Part shown: positions 36,203 through 49,509 of the stretch, piece after piece
How positions within the stretch are numbered: the first letter of the stretch is position 1
Layout: every line of letters starts with the position of its first letter
The notes under the pieces: generated by a model
Database searches by the model: none
What the model was told of the DNA's origin: nothing
The model's input: the letters and a program-made list of their open reading frames with translations, nothing else
Made by a program: the position numbers and the translations under genes
Source: Antedon mediterranea
Taxonomy: Eukaryota > Animalia > Echinodermata
Reading direction: 5' to 3'
Assembly: GCF_964355755.1 (NCBI RefSeq)
Contig: NC_092674.1
Span: forward strand, 14,756,001 to 14,820,000
Length of the DNA: 64,000 bases

Positions 36203-39200
36203 AGCACTTTTGATCGCCATTTGAATCAAAGGTGTGTTGGTACACTGTTAGATATAATATAAACAAATATACTAATAAACGTTATCACTGTGAGTGTGGG
36301 ATAGCCCCTACTTTTAGATTATAAACACATAATAATATATACTTTATTACTGTCAGTTGTTTCTCAACGTTTGTATTAATTAATAATTACAAAAATATAA
36401 ACGTATTAGTGGTCTTTAAATGTACTTTACTATTTCAATCGACCATGAGACAGTGACAGTTTTAATAAAGTATTAAATCGGAAATGTTTTACTCTATTTA
36501 GTGGTATATTATTTATAGGCCTATAAAAAAAATATTTCGTTACTGAGTGGATAATAAAGAAATATAAAGAATAATTTAATATAAAGAATATATTTAAAAA
36601 TTGTTCCTCTTTGTACCTCATCCCCAACGCTCAACTATAATGTTAGATACAGAACCCTAAACTCTAATAGATACAAAATTGGTTAATTGCTTATAAATTA
36701 TATTTTTATTTATGAGCCAAAGATAGTTATATCAAATTATAGAGAAAGAGAAGTGTTACTGACATTTTTGTTGAGATTAAGGAGAATGAGAGGGAAAAAA
36801 ACACAAGGACTAGAAGATAAAGGAGTTACAGGAAAAGGAAATTAGTGATGAAGTGTTCAAGATTACAGCCTTGTGAAGTCAAAAATGAGGAAAAATGCTG
36901 AGGCAGCTGTGCAACAGAAAACAATCGCATGTTGGTTCCAATAATTTGGTCCTACACACCACAAAATGTCACAGATCAAACTGGGCCTGGACAGATGCAT
37001 CCGAATGAACTGAATAGAGAACCAGGAAAAGTGAATACAAAAACTACTGTGCATCCTGCAATTTAGAATATTTTAAAGAAATTCTACTATTTTTCCAATT
37101 TGAATCATCCTGATTATAATTGTACACAAACTGACCGACTGGTATAATTGAAGTAAGTATGAATTTAATTTAATTATTTATTAAATATGCTTGTTTGTGT
37201 GATGAGGCCAACAACTCAACTGACATTTTTGTTTTTGTTAAAACATTACAGGTTTCGGAGTCGAATAAAAAAACATAAATTGTTATTTCCATCAAGGATG
37301 CCAATGGGTGTGTAATGCGGTATGATACATATAATACGTTATCAAATAAAACATCAACATAATTGTTTAAAGTTGGATATTGAATTGTTTGTTTTATGAT
37401 TTGATTTTGTCGAATAGTAGTTTAAGGTTAATTCCAAAATACCTGGACCTCCACGTAATCCTATGAACATCAACTACCGGGTGTCTATTTTTAGCCTCTC
37501 AGCATCTATAGTTCACACATCACTGAAACATTAGCAATCAAGGAAACAGTTATTTATTTTTAAAAGATAGAATATATTTGATGGCTGCTTGATAGTCATA
37601 CTCAACTTAAGTCAAATCCTTCTGTTGTCCAGTTTCTGTTCGTTTTGATTGGCTCTTATTAGTACAAATGAAGGCAAATTTATGATGCTTAACATGTATT
37701 ATTTGTCAACGCGTTTCCTTCATCAAATCACAGTGTTTGAAGATTGCGTCTTTTATTTCTTTCAAGTTTTGGTTGTCCGATTTGTATGTTTCCAAAAGGT
37801 GTTGGTGATCATACTTTGGCAATGACATTTACAGTAGTTATGAAGTGTATTCCTTGCTGCAATCATTGTTAAAAAATAAACCATTGTCCAATTTGTGAAT
37901 ATCCAACTGTAAACAACTCTAAATCTTGAATCCAGTGTTCTACTGAAAAGTTGTTTTGAAAATTGCTGTCTTGCTGAATTGACCACTCTTGTTTGTCTCT
38001 TTTTGTTATCATGTATTATCATCATCATCATAATAAATCTAAATCTACTAGTCTTCATAAATGCCTTGATACTCCAAATAACCAGATACATGTAATCAAT
38101 GTCAAATAAGCCTATATTGTGGAACTTGCTTTTATCAGTTCAGCTTATTTACTAGCCCACCTTATATCGGGCTTCTAGTGTGTACTTTTTTTTGTTCCAA
38201 CTTTATCTTCATCACTTCAAGGTCTATAGTTTCCCTATTGCATCCAACCATATACAGTTCAGCATGCGATACTGTTCATTGTAAAGAAAACATCTCGCAC
38301 TCAAAATGGACATCTACTGTATAACAGAAGGAGGCTTTTTTTAAGTACTTATTTAAACATTATCCAGCTTTTCAACGTATTACTGTTTGGCTAGCTACTT
38401 CATTGATGTGTGAACTGATGCTGATTACATACTGTTTAACATGGGAATATTCTTAATATCTTTTTCATTCCAAATGAATTTAAAGTACACTAATTTTTTT
38501 ATAAATTATACATAATATTATTAATATTGCAAATTAAATATGTTGCTTGATCCCTTTGCCAATTGAAAACAGAAATAGCAGAGAGACCCTTTAAATACAA
38601 ACATTTTTGCACAGGAAGATCTTTAAAATAAGAAAACTTCCATATAAATTGATCACATATAATTAAAAGTTACATACAGTGTTACGATGGTACTGTATAT
38701 TAGAACTGTCGGCTGCATATTATTGTACTGATGATGAGAAATGGTTTTTGAAACATATTTGAGCTCAAATTAAAGACTGTTTGGATTATAATAAAATGCA
38801 TATTTATGCTTAAAAAAATGTTGATCACATTATATGTTTTTAAAAGGTTTTACGAAGATTACAGTGAAGTTTACAAAGATGATTACAAGAAAATGGCACT
38901 TACTTTTAATGCTCGAGTGAACCAGCTTTCAAATCCATTTTGAAAATGAATCTCCAGACTGGCTCAATGAATGGGTTTATGACATTCATATTGATTCATT
39001 AAATGTTAAAGAATGGGGAGAGTGTTGCTAAGAGACTGTTTTTTATTCTGGTTTGGAAAGTACTTCAATATAGTTTATTACTATACTATCAACGTAATAA
39101 GTTAAACCAAAAGGAATCCAGTTGCACAAATAGAAGCCTTCCAAAAGACTTGGATTGATATGGAACCAACTCTTCAGATTGAGCTCTCTCATACACCGCG

Positions 39201-39271
39201 CCTTTGATCACTTACTGCTGGAATTGGCGCGTTACAAATTCGTACTACTATTATTATTATTATTTAGGAAA

Positions 39272-40523
39272 ACTGGTATTGGATCGAATGAGACTGGTTA
39301 ACATTGTCAAAATACCTACAGGTAGTGGTATTGGATCGAATAAGACTGGTTGAAATAGTAAAAAAAACAAGTGGTATTGGATCGAATGAGACTGGTTAAC
39401 ATTGTCAAAAGACAAGTGGTATTAGATCAAATGAGACTGGTTAACATTGTCAAAAGACAAGTGGTATTAGATCAAATGAGACTTGTTAACATTGTCAAAA
39501 GACAAGTGGTATTGGATCCAATGAGACTGGTTAACATTGTCAAAAGACAAGTGGTATTGGATGGAATGAGACTGGTTAACATTGTCAAAAGACAAGTGGT
39601 ATTGGATCCAATGAGACTGGTTAACGTTGTCAAAAGACAAGTGGTATTGGATAGAATGAGACTGGGTAACATTGTCAAAAGACAAGTGGTATTGGATCAA
39701 ATGAGACTTTTAAAATTGTCAAAAGACAAGTGGTATTAGATCCAATGAGACTTTTAAAATTGTCAAAAGACAAGTGGTATTGGATGGAATGGGACTGGTT
39801 AACATTGTCAAAAGACAAGTGGTATTGGATGGAATGGGACTGGTTAACATTGTCAAAAGACAAGTGGTATTGGATGGAATGAGACTGGTTAACATTGTCA
39901 AAAGACAAGTGGTATTGGATCAAGTGAGACTGGTTAACATTGTCAAAAGACAAGTGGTATTGGATCAAATGAGACTGGTTAAAATTGTCAAAAGACAAGT
40001 GGTATTAGATCCAATGAGACTGGTTAACATTGTCAAAAGACAAGTGGTATTGGATCAAATGAGACTGGTTAAAATTGTCAAAAGACAAGTGGTATTAGAT
40101 CCAATGAGACTGGTTAACATTGTCAAAAGACAAGTGGTATTGGATGGAATGGGACTGGTTAACATTGTCAAAAGACAAGTGGTATTGGATGGAATGAGAC
40201 TGGTTAACATTGTCAAAAGACAAGTGGTATTGGATGGAATGAGACTGGTTAACATTGTCAAAAGACAAGTGGTATTGGATCAAGTGAGACTGGTTAACAT
40301 TGTCAAAAGACAAGTGGTATTGGATCAAATGAGACTGGTTAAAATTGTCAAAAGACAAGTGGTATTGGATGGAATGAGGCTGGTTAACATTGTCAAAAGA
40401 CAAGTAGTATTAGATCAAATGAGACTTGTTAACATTGTCAAAAGACAAGTGGTATTGGGTGGAATGAGACTGGTTAACATTGTCAAAAGACAAGTGATAT
40501 TGGATCAAATGAGACTTGTTAAC
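39272..40523. repeat. 45-bp minisatellite, ~27 copies
   Basis: GTGGTATTGGATNNAATGAGACTGGTTAACATTGTCAAAAGACAA tandem array. Confidence 0.97.
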
Positions 40524-40534
40524 AGCATATGCTG

Positions 40535-40880
40535 TTGTTAAACTTAGACATTAATATACTTCAACAAAGCAATTTTCTTTATTCTTCAACCACCGGCTCA
40601 TACCCTCACCAATTCTGTAATATATTATATTCAAATTCTTACTATCATACAATATCCTACTAGAGCCTCGACCAAATTGCATATTCTCCAGCATAAAAAA
40701 ACATCGTTCCAATACAACATCAGATATAGTGGTCCTAAACTTTGGAATAACTTACCAATTTGTATCAAGAATTCCACAACGAAGAAAAGCTTTTCCTATA
40801 ATTTTATACGCCATATTATTTCAACGTACTTATATTATAATCAAGTTTTTGTTGTGTTACTGTATATGAAAGAGTATTAT
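40535..40880 (+). mobile_element. CR1-group LINE 3' end fragment
   Basis: FQYNIRYSGPKLWNNLPICIKNS. Confidence 0.65.
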
Positions 40881-41506
40881 TACTAATGTTTATTAGTCCA
40901 TGGGCTGGAGGGGGGTTACCGTGCACCCCCCCCCCCCCCCCCCCACAGTTAAACTTCTTTGGTATCATTTTCTTCCCACGGACATATAGAGTGAAAAAAT
41001 CGATGTTAACAAGAAAAATATAGGGATATGCATTGTATGTATTTGTGTTCCCCGAAGTTCTTTACACGTTTTTATCTATATTTACACTGGAGTCCTTCTC
41101 GACAATAATCTATAAATCGTATTGGTTTTTGTTACCTTGTGTAATTATTCAATATTATTAAAAAGTAAAATGAAAATAAATAAATATACAAGTGTAATAA
41201 ATAAACATAATTATGTTGAATCATATATTGCTGGTCTCTCTCACTCATTGTCAAAGGAACCATCAATGACGACGACTTGAAGAAAACAAGAAGAACAAGT
41301 AAATGTAACTTTATTTTAGGTAAGATTATGGGACTACGGAATTCTCTTTTTGCCTGTGTTACAATATAATAATACTACTGTCAGGCTTATCAACTTAGGT
41401 GATGTTTATATCACTATAAAAAACCGACAAGGAGAAAAATATTTGTTGGGCCTAGACTGCACTTTATAAAAAACCTGATCAAATTCGACCAGAAACGTAT
41501 TAATTA

Positions 41507-41882
41507 GTTATGACAATACATCCTGGTATCACTTGACCAGATATCCTGGTCAATCAGTGATGACAATAAACTGGTATCACTTGACCAGATATCCTGGTCA
41601 ATCAGTGATGACAATAAACTGGTTAAAGAGACCAGATATCCTGGTCAATCAGTGATGACAATAAACTGGTTAAAGAGACCAGATATCCTGGTCAATCAGT
41701 GATGACAATAAACTGGTTAAAGAGACCAGATATCCTGGTCAATCAGTGATGACAATAAACTGGTTAAAGAGACCAGATATCCTGGTCAATCAGTGATGAC
41801 AATAAACTGGTTAAAGAGACCAGATATCCTGGTCAATCAGTGATGACAATAAACTGGTTAAAGAGACCAGATATCCTGGTTA
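41507..41882. repeat. 47-48-bp minisatellite, ~8 copies, with an internal palindrome
   Basis: GACCAGATATCCTGGTCAATCAGTGATGACAATAAACTGGTTAAAGA repeated. Confidence 0.97.
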
Positions 41883-42089
41883 ACAAAAATGTAGAGATGA
41901 ACATAACACAAGTAAAAATTAATCGAATAATAAACAAACCTTTATGCCTACAGTACTAGATTGCTTATAATTATAAAATAAAGAGTTTTTACGTTAGTTT
42001 GTTATACACATTTTCCCAACACATAACATGTGTGTTTTGAACTAACTGTACATTTGAAAACAATTTTTTGTACATTCAATGTAATAGTG

Positions 42090-42426
42090 TATTTGTATTT
42101 TGTATTTTGTATTAATATTTGTCCTCAGTGAGGAAATTCGGATTAGGCCCTCCACGGACCCACGGCAGCCAGCAGTGCAGCGCCTACCAGATTAGGCAAT
42201 GAGAGTAAAGCATCTTGCCTAAGGATGCAATTAGTATGGTACAGATAACCTCGAACCCATGCCTATCACATGCTAGTCCGATATTACCATTACACCATCA
42301 CTCTCCAGTATATACAGCACCCACCACGATTTCTAGACGGTCTCCCATCCAGAACGCAACCGGGCCCAACGTTGCTTAACTTCGGTGATCTGACGAGAAC
42401 CGGTGTTTCAACGCAGTATGGCCGTA
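42090..42426 (-). mobile_element. SINE with 5S rRNA head + tRNA-like segment + CORE-like body + (AAATAC)n tail
   Basis: Minus strand order: 5S-like 42426-42313, TGGTGTAATGGT...GGGTTCGAG, TCCTTAGGCAAGATGCTTTACTC, tail ATACAAAATACAAAATACAAATAC. Confidence 0.8.
42313..42426 (-). rRNA. 5S rRNA-derived sequence (pseudogene/SINE head)
   Basis: TACGGCCATACTGCGTTGAAACACCGGTTCTCGTCAGATCACCGAAGTTAAGCAACG...TGGATGGGAGACCG...GGTGCTGTA. Confidence 0.88.
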
Positions 42427-42746
42427 TTTTCTATACCGATATCTATTAAAAATTATATTGTTTTATGTGTTGCTTTTGTGGGCACCGCAAAAATATCACC
42501 TTTGGTGGGACGAAAAAATAGGTGTTGTTACTTTGAGCGCGCCGCATCAAACGCTTTGTTTTGCGCGAAAGAATGTACGATTTACAGAGTTGTTTGCGCA
42601 CGCCGATAAACTAAGAGTATGAAAACGAAGTTAGCTTTGTCGGTGACTGCAAAATAGTATAAAATGGAGTTAGTTTTCAGAGTATTCACCATTTTCCTAA
42701 TTTATCTTGCGAACTTTACATCGAAATCTACAAATTACTTAATATC

Positions 42747-44476
42747 ATGCTGCCAGCGATTGGAAACCATCGTTTCAATAGCCGAGATGACTACCTTGAA
42801 TTTTTCCAGAGAAGAGGACTCTTTCCGAGAGATAAAGACTGTGTACATTGTGTGACACCTATGTACATATCAACTCGTGCTCGTAAGTTTATTCTTGTTT
42901 TTTCAATATTACACACTTTTTTACCATGCGCTATAATTATGGAATTGTGATGATATTTTGATACTTTGCTATTTAATAAGTAGGTTGTTTAAGAAGTAGC
43001 ACTTTAAATGTTAGTAAAAGGATCAATGTTTGTTATTTTACTTGCTACCGACACAACAAAGCAAATTGAATTGAGCATGTCATACGGTATATTGTAATAT
43101 TTTAAATATATGTTGTTGATCTATTTATATTGAAAAATTACTAATTCAAACAATTTTTTTATAGGTTCTGATGGCTTGACCTGGCGATGCCATAGATGCC
43201 GCCGCACTGTTTCTTTGCAACAGGGAACTTTTCTATCTGGGATGAAATTACTTATGGATCAATGGCTACAGTATGGTGTATTTTTGGTCACTTGATATAC
43301 CAGATAAGCAAGTACGTACTGTTTTTTTTTTTTTGTGAATTAGGCTACTAACATTTCTTACATTCATTATTTTGTCTATCCTGCCATTTTATGTCCTTTG
43401 TCATGTTACCAAAATGAACATCTACTCATTCTTATGTATTAAATTACACTCTTGTCTCTCCTGCCATTTCAATCATGCCCACTACAATGTTACCAAAAAC
43501 GATCTACTCTTGTGATTAATTTGGTATGATAAATATTTTTGTGACAGTCCTTTATTACAATGTTTTATCCTGCAGTTTGTACAGCTCATAACAAAAAATC
43601 GTGATTATACCCCTGTAATATTACTAAAATAATTCTTATGTATTAAATTATACTCTTATCTTTTAGACTACGGTACTCACAGGACTAAAGCCGAAACAGG
43701 TAATACAGCAATTTCGGTACCTGCGAGATGTCTGCTCTCGTAAACTCATCGACACGCCGACTCTTCTTGGTGGACCTGGAGTTGTTGTCCAAATTGATGA
43801 GAGCTGCTTCAGCCATTCACGTAAGGTAACTATTGCATTTATTTTTATTATGTCTCCTTTTTATTTTAACATTGACTTGACATAATTATTATGTGACATG
43901 CTTATTCTTTGGCATATCTTTTCTCCAGCTCCTTAACTATGATTTTAACCAACAGCTTCCCTTTTTTTAATTTAATTTTTCTATGTGTATTTATATGGGT
44001 TTTTAATATTTATCTTTCAGAATGGTAGAGGCCGTGCACCAGCCGAAGAAGTCTGGGTGTTTGGACTAGTAGACACGACCACAACGCCAGCAAAAGGACA
44101 CATGGAAATTGTACCTGACAGATCTGCTGCAACACTGTTACCAATCATCGAGGCAAAGACTCTACCTGGAACTATCATTCATTCGGACCAGTAGGCTGCA
44201 TATCGCCGTGTTGCGGAAATACCAACAATCGAGAGTCACCGCACCGTCAACCACTCCCGCCACTTCGTCAACCCTGTAGATGGGACACACACCCAAAACA
44301 TCGAATCATACTGGTGTAAAGCGAAATCTAAATTCAAGAATATGAGAGGAGTGAAACGAGAATGGCTAGGCGAATACCTGGATGAGTTTATGTGGCGAGA
44401 GGAACACGGCAAGAATTTAGAGACCGCATTTGACACTATATTAGCGCATATCGCTGAAATGTATCCACAGGCCTAA
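42747..44476 (+). pseudogene. Merlin (IS1016/ISXO2-like) transposase, four exons
   Basis: CVHC / WRCHRC Zn ribbon; GGPGVVVQIDESCF; WVFGLVD...VPDRSAATLLPII...GTIIHSDQ*AAY...TVNHS...HTQNIESYW...YLDEFMWR. In-frame stop at 44192. Confidence 0.93.
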
Positions 44477-45349
44477 GTTTAGTTTAAGCATAAAAATAAA
44501 TAAAAACATTGTTAATAGTTAAAAGATTCAGAATAAAATTTATATTTTAAGTTAAAGTTTCTAATTTACTTTTCTAATTATTTGAAGAATTTAGGAACAA
44601 AAACATTGTTAAAGTTAGTTAAACGATTGAGAATAAACATTTATATTTTACGTTTACTTATTTAAATTTACTTAATTATTTTGAGAATAAAACAATTTTG
44701 AATACTTTAACTGTTATTGTTTTTGATTTTTTACAAAGCTAAGTTTAAGTTCTATTATTAATTTACTTAAATAAATAATTCACTTTAACATCAAAACAAC
44801 TGTGGTAAACGAAATGTGAAATGACCTGTAGAAGAGAATAAAAATAACATTGTCGTTAGTATCAATTAATTGTGTGTTGTGTAATACACTGTACACTAAT
44901 TTACCTCCCCCGTAGCTAAAGTGGAACATTCGAAACGTCACCAGTCTGTTCTGGGTCAACTGTTAGTTAAATACAATCCACGATTTAATACACAATGCAC
45001 CCCTATTTTTTCGAATGGAATAACCCTATAAAAAAGCCCGGTACCTAAAATGCCCGTGATCCGGGATGGAGTATTAGGTAGTAGGTTAGGCCTACTACTA
45101 GAGTCTAGAGGGTCTAGGCTAGGCTAGGCTAGCTAGGGCCATCTGTTCTGACTGGCTAGATAGCTAAGAAAGGAACATAATGTTTTTTATATAGCGGATA
45201 GTCGTTGCACGTTAGTTAAAGTGTGTAACTTCTACGTAATGTCGTAAATTTGTGTGTAATGTGTAAAGTTGGAAAAACGTGTCTATTGTTTGATCTAGGC
45301 TAATTTACTTTGAAAGTTGTTGCGGTTCAAATTATGGTTATTATGCCAA

Positions 45350-45975
45350 AGAGAAGAAAATGCTGGACTATTGAAAAAAAAGTGAGTGTAAATTTACATT
45401 TGCAGAACTTTAATGCTTCCAATGGATGGTTCCATCGATTTAAGAAACGTTTCAATGTAGGAATGCGTCAGAGCACTAATGAGAGCCAAAAAGTTCCCGA
45501 AGATTACAGCGACAACAATGTGCGCGGCGAAAGAAGTATAACAATAAGCAACACCGAAGCAAAAAAAAAAGTTTCACAGTCGGATTTTCATGAGGTTACA
45601 AATACTAGCAAATTTGCATGTTAGTGCTTCACTAAACGGATGGATGCGTACACAGGAAGTACATCATTGGATCGAAAACGACAATGAAGAAATGTTAGTA
45701 ATTATAGACAGATATGCACTTGAATTCCTCAAAGATTTAAACGTAAGCGTTGTCTTTATACCAGCACTAGTATTCATCAGCCTATGGATGTCAATTTAAA
45801 TCCACCTTACATCATCTTTGGACTGACTGGATGGAGAATCACAACGAAAGAACGCCACACGAAAACCTTAAGCAGGCTTTCCGTCAGCAAGTAGTAAATT
45901 GGGTATCCAAGGCATGGGAGCAGATTGATCAAGAACTTGTGCATCATTCTTCTTTGCGCTGTGGAATATCATGAT
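45350..45975 (+). pseudogene. pogo/Tigger (CENP-B HTH + DDE_1) transposase remnant
   Basis: FNASNGWFHRFKKRF...QKVP; NGWM; VVFIP...QPMDV; RQQVVNWVSKAWEQID...CGI. Confidence 0.85.
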
Positions 45976-46054
45976 ATGTCATGATGAAATGTTCAATGTA
46001 TTATTCTGGTCCTCAAGCTTAACTGGAAACTAAGAAATTTTAGATCATGCCCTC

Positions 46055-46117
46055 TACGGACCCATGGCAGCCCCCAGATCAGTGTACGGACCCATGGCAG
46101 CCCCCAGATCAGTGTAC
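46055..46117. repeat. 30-bp tandem duplication
   Basis: TACGGACCCATGGCAGCCCCCAGATCAGTG x2. Confidence 0.95.
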
Positions 46118-46722
46118 CGGGAGACGATCCCCTACTTTTTTTCGAATAGTGCACCAAATTCTTTAACGTGCACCCTTAAATACATGGGGCAGGCTTTACA
46201 TTCTAACCCAGATCATGATAAAAATGAAGAACTTGAAGATGATCTTGCAGGAATTGTGTTTGCTGATGATGGTGAGGATAGTGATGAAGAAAGTAAACTA
46301 CTGGCATGGCCATGGATAAGGGTAAAAAATTTAATGGACATAAGCTATCTGATGGCCATGGAAGAAATCGCATTTAGCAAATTTCCACGCATTGCCCAAT
46401 TGGAAACTCATCCTGGCAATCACCCACGATCCCGGCGTAGTTGAAGGCTTGCCAGGCAGGTCCTTGGCTGCTCAGTTTACCTTTGTATTTGCTCTAGCAG
46501 TGAATGGTGATTCGACTCGACAATTCCCGTCCAAAACTAAACGTACCATGACACGATCTTTAGGATGTGAGGTCGATTTCCAGTGAAATCAGATAAACAA
46601 TGTTTTCTCACTTTAGTCACGTTTATTATTATTTTTCATTTTTTTAAATAAAAGATTCTGACATAATCTGTACGGTATGTTATCCTAACCTAACATCAAT
46701 CAATTTATATTTCTTTTTTCAA

Positions 46723-47390
46723 GATTACCAAGAAGCAATGGGTGATCGTGGCTCATCTTCCCCATTAAACTCGCAAGTTATGTTGGATGCTGCTATTAAT
46801 AATACCAATACCTGAACCAGTGGCCACAACACCGACAGGTATTGCATTTGGCCCATTTAATGTGTTTTATGTAAAGAATAATATGTTGACATTTAACTGT
46901 AAAGAAAAGTATTTATGACATTTTTAAGTCCCAGTTTTGTTATTACCATTTACAGAAATTGTGGATGTACCATCAGCCATGCAAGAACCAAAAAAAGAAA
47001 AGAAACACATGAGGTATGTTTTTAGGATTTAATTTTCTAATCGGATGGTTAAGCACAGTTCAAAACAAGTCTTTACTGCCTTGCTAATTACTGTTAATAC
47101 AACTCTAGCAAATGTCATGTGCAAGGCTGCTTATATCACTCGCTCAGTGCGAATGGGGCCTTAGGTATTGATATTCATGTTTTCTAAGTAATTTACTCTG
47201 AAATTTATACCTATTCAGGAACCAGATGCTGTTCGAGCAGCAATAATGGCAAGCATCAACCAACTAGAAGGCACGGACGACAAGGAGAGCCATTTTAGGG
47301 CCACGATTGCTGCCAAACTAAGAGTCTTGCCACCCCGGAAGAAGGCCATGGTCCAACTTAAAATTATGGAAGTATATTACTTGATGTGGA
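46723..47390 (+). pseudogene. 3' exons of a MADF-BESS-like gene (Harbinger accessory type)
   Basis: Short GT-AG exons ending DDKESHFRATIAAKLRVLPPRKKAMVQLKIMEV (BESS-like). Confidence 0.55.
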
Positions 47391-47432
47391 CTAGGGGAGT
47401 CAGTAATTACTTATGTTTAATTACTTAATTAA

Positions 47433-47947
47433 AGATGTATTGTCCCTTTGTCAAATTCCAAAAAAATAAAAATAAAAAGATTTTGAAGTATCATAATAGT
47501 TATTAACTTTCACCAAAAATTATTGGGAAAAAAAATCATTTAACTGAAATACAGACGTTTTTTGGTTAAAAAAATAACTTTGACTTCCAGTCAAAGTTTT
47601 CGATCAAAACATATCTCATAATGCAATGCGCTTATTTGGCTACTCTGTATGCATAATCATAAAACTTCCTTGCGATCTGTGTGAAAACACCTTCTTAACC
47701 GTGACAAGTTGTAAACAATCCTAATTAGCATCATGCATAATGCATACTCATGGTTTGAAATCTTTGTTTACTTTCGCTCTGGACTATTTTCCAGACGAAA
47801 TGTAATCAAATTAATTTAGCTGTTAATTACCTAATTTTGTTGTTTTTCGACTTAAAGTGAATGATTTTAATATTACTTTGATATGTTCAATTAAAATTTA
47901 GTATATTTTGACCATCATTTTTTGGGGTTTTAAGGGACAATACATCT
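47433..47947. mobile_element. Kolobok-type MITE
   Basis: TTAA|AGATGTATTGTCCCTT ... AAGGGACAATACATCT|TTAA: perfect 16-bp TIR and TTAA TSD. Confidence 0.88.
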
Positions 47948-48539
47948 TTAATTAATATTACAACAATATACTGAATTCAATTACAGGTATTGCTAAATAA
48001 AAAGTATTAGTAGTTAGTAGTAATTCCATGTCAAATCAATTAAAACTAGGTTGATTTGACAGAATTACCCATTTTTTAGATATTTTTTTTTGCAATAACT
48101 ACTGTAATTAAATACTATTAGAGTGCATTTTTCACCAATGTTTTGAGGTTAAGTTAAAATGAAATAAAAAGTACAACAATATCACTCTTTCTTCTTGGCT
48201 CTATGAACTATTGTTTAGCATATTAATTATTGTAGGGATGGGTGAATTTTTAAATCTTTCGGTTCTCGATTTGTATTGTTGATATTTGGCCTTGTGATTG
48301 CTTTAGAGAACACAAGGAATACTACGGATAGGGGGGAGCAAATAACTGAACTTGTCCGAGTTTGACAGCTTCTTGCCAAAAGTCAGTACTACAGTAGATT
48401 ATCATGCCTGACTTTTAGCAAAGGTAAATATAAAAATTCAAAAGCTAATTTATATGAATTGTAATTAAGGCCAAGAGTAATTGTTAGCGCCCCCTTTTGG
48501 ACCCTTTCAATAAGTTGGGTATGAAGTTGTTTAATGGCA

Positions 48540-49085
48540 CTCAAGTGTAACTCAGATAAATACATTTCATATCATCAACTAGGGCATTAGCCCTACATAA
48601 AATACAGAGTGTATATAACCTACTGGAAGCCTTTGCAATTATTTATGTGAATTCCACCTCGTCTTCAATCAAAACTCCTAATAGCTTAATATGCTTCACA
48701 ACCTGGAGTTCAGTGCCACTAAGAAAGAAGCTAGGAGGCGGTAACTCCCTTAACAAAAAATTAATCCTTATTATACTACATTTATTGGGATTGGAGATCA
48801 TATTGTTAACTTGGCACCAATATTAGTCACATCGTCCAGGCTTGATTGCGTAGATTGCTGTTTCCTATATTTAACATCTACATATTTCCATCCCATGCAG
48901 CTTCCCGTGAAAGATATCATTGATTAAGATGAGGAATAATATTGGTCCCAGTTTGGTTCCTTGTGGGACACCACATAGTTATTTCTTTATAAGGCGAGGT
49001 GCAGTTATTGAATTTGGTGTTCATTTTACGATTTGTAAGGAAGCTGCAGATGATGGAAATAAGAGATTACCTCAACCCAAATGGA
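48540..49085 (-). mobile_element. L2/Daphne-like LINE RT fragment
   Basis: CGVPQGTKLGPILFLILIND...WKYVD...NMISNPNKC...KLLGVLI. Confidence 0.75.
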
Positions 49086-49509
49086 TAAGTTTACAAATGC
49101 CAATGACAATTATTATGTAATATATAATTGGTGTGGCTTTGATGATGTCATTATATTGTGAAATTATATCATGTTAGTGGTATTGTACATGCCATAAGCT
49201 ATAATTTGATACCAAACTTGACATATTTATGTAATTTATAGTTTTTTTATATTTTTACATAATATATTTTAAATGGACGTGGTGAAAATGATCAAATTTT
49301 TGGCACCCCTTTTAGAATTGTTAGGTCCTAAAGAAGGTTTCTGCCAAGTTTGGTGCTTTTGTCACAAAGTGCACAAAAAGTGCTAAGCGACCTGACTATA
49401 AACTGAATTGAGTTATTATTATAATATGTTATTTGTTTAAGAATGAAGCATAACGTGTTGATCTTGTTGTCAACAAAGTGAAATTTATAAAGTTTAAGAG
49501 GGACACTAA

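Noticed and set aside
36750-39190. Possible coding remnants (e.g. SVEHWIQDLEL near 37930 on minus, Ulp1-like)
   Set aside because: Too fragmented, with no catalytic motif recoverable by eye.
39272-40541. CRISPR array or 255-aa repeat protein
   Set aside because: Units are contiguous with no unique spacers, there are no cas genes, and the context is eukaryotic. The ORFs arise because 45 is a multiple of 3.
41507-41882. CRISPR-like palindromic repeats
   Set aside because: The intervening sequences are identical, so this is a simple tandem repeat.
42313-42426. Functional 5S rRNA gene
   Set aside because: Single copy, diverged 3' part, missing first bases, no T-run terminator, and fused to a SINE body.
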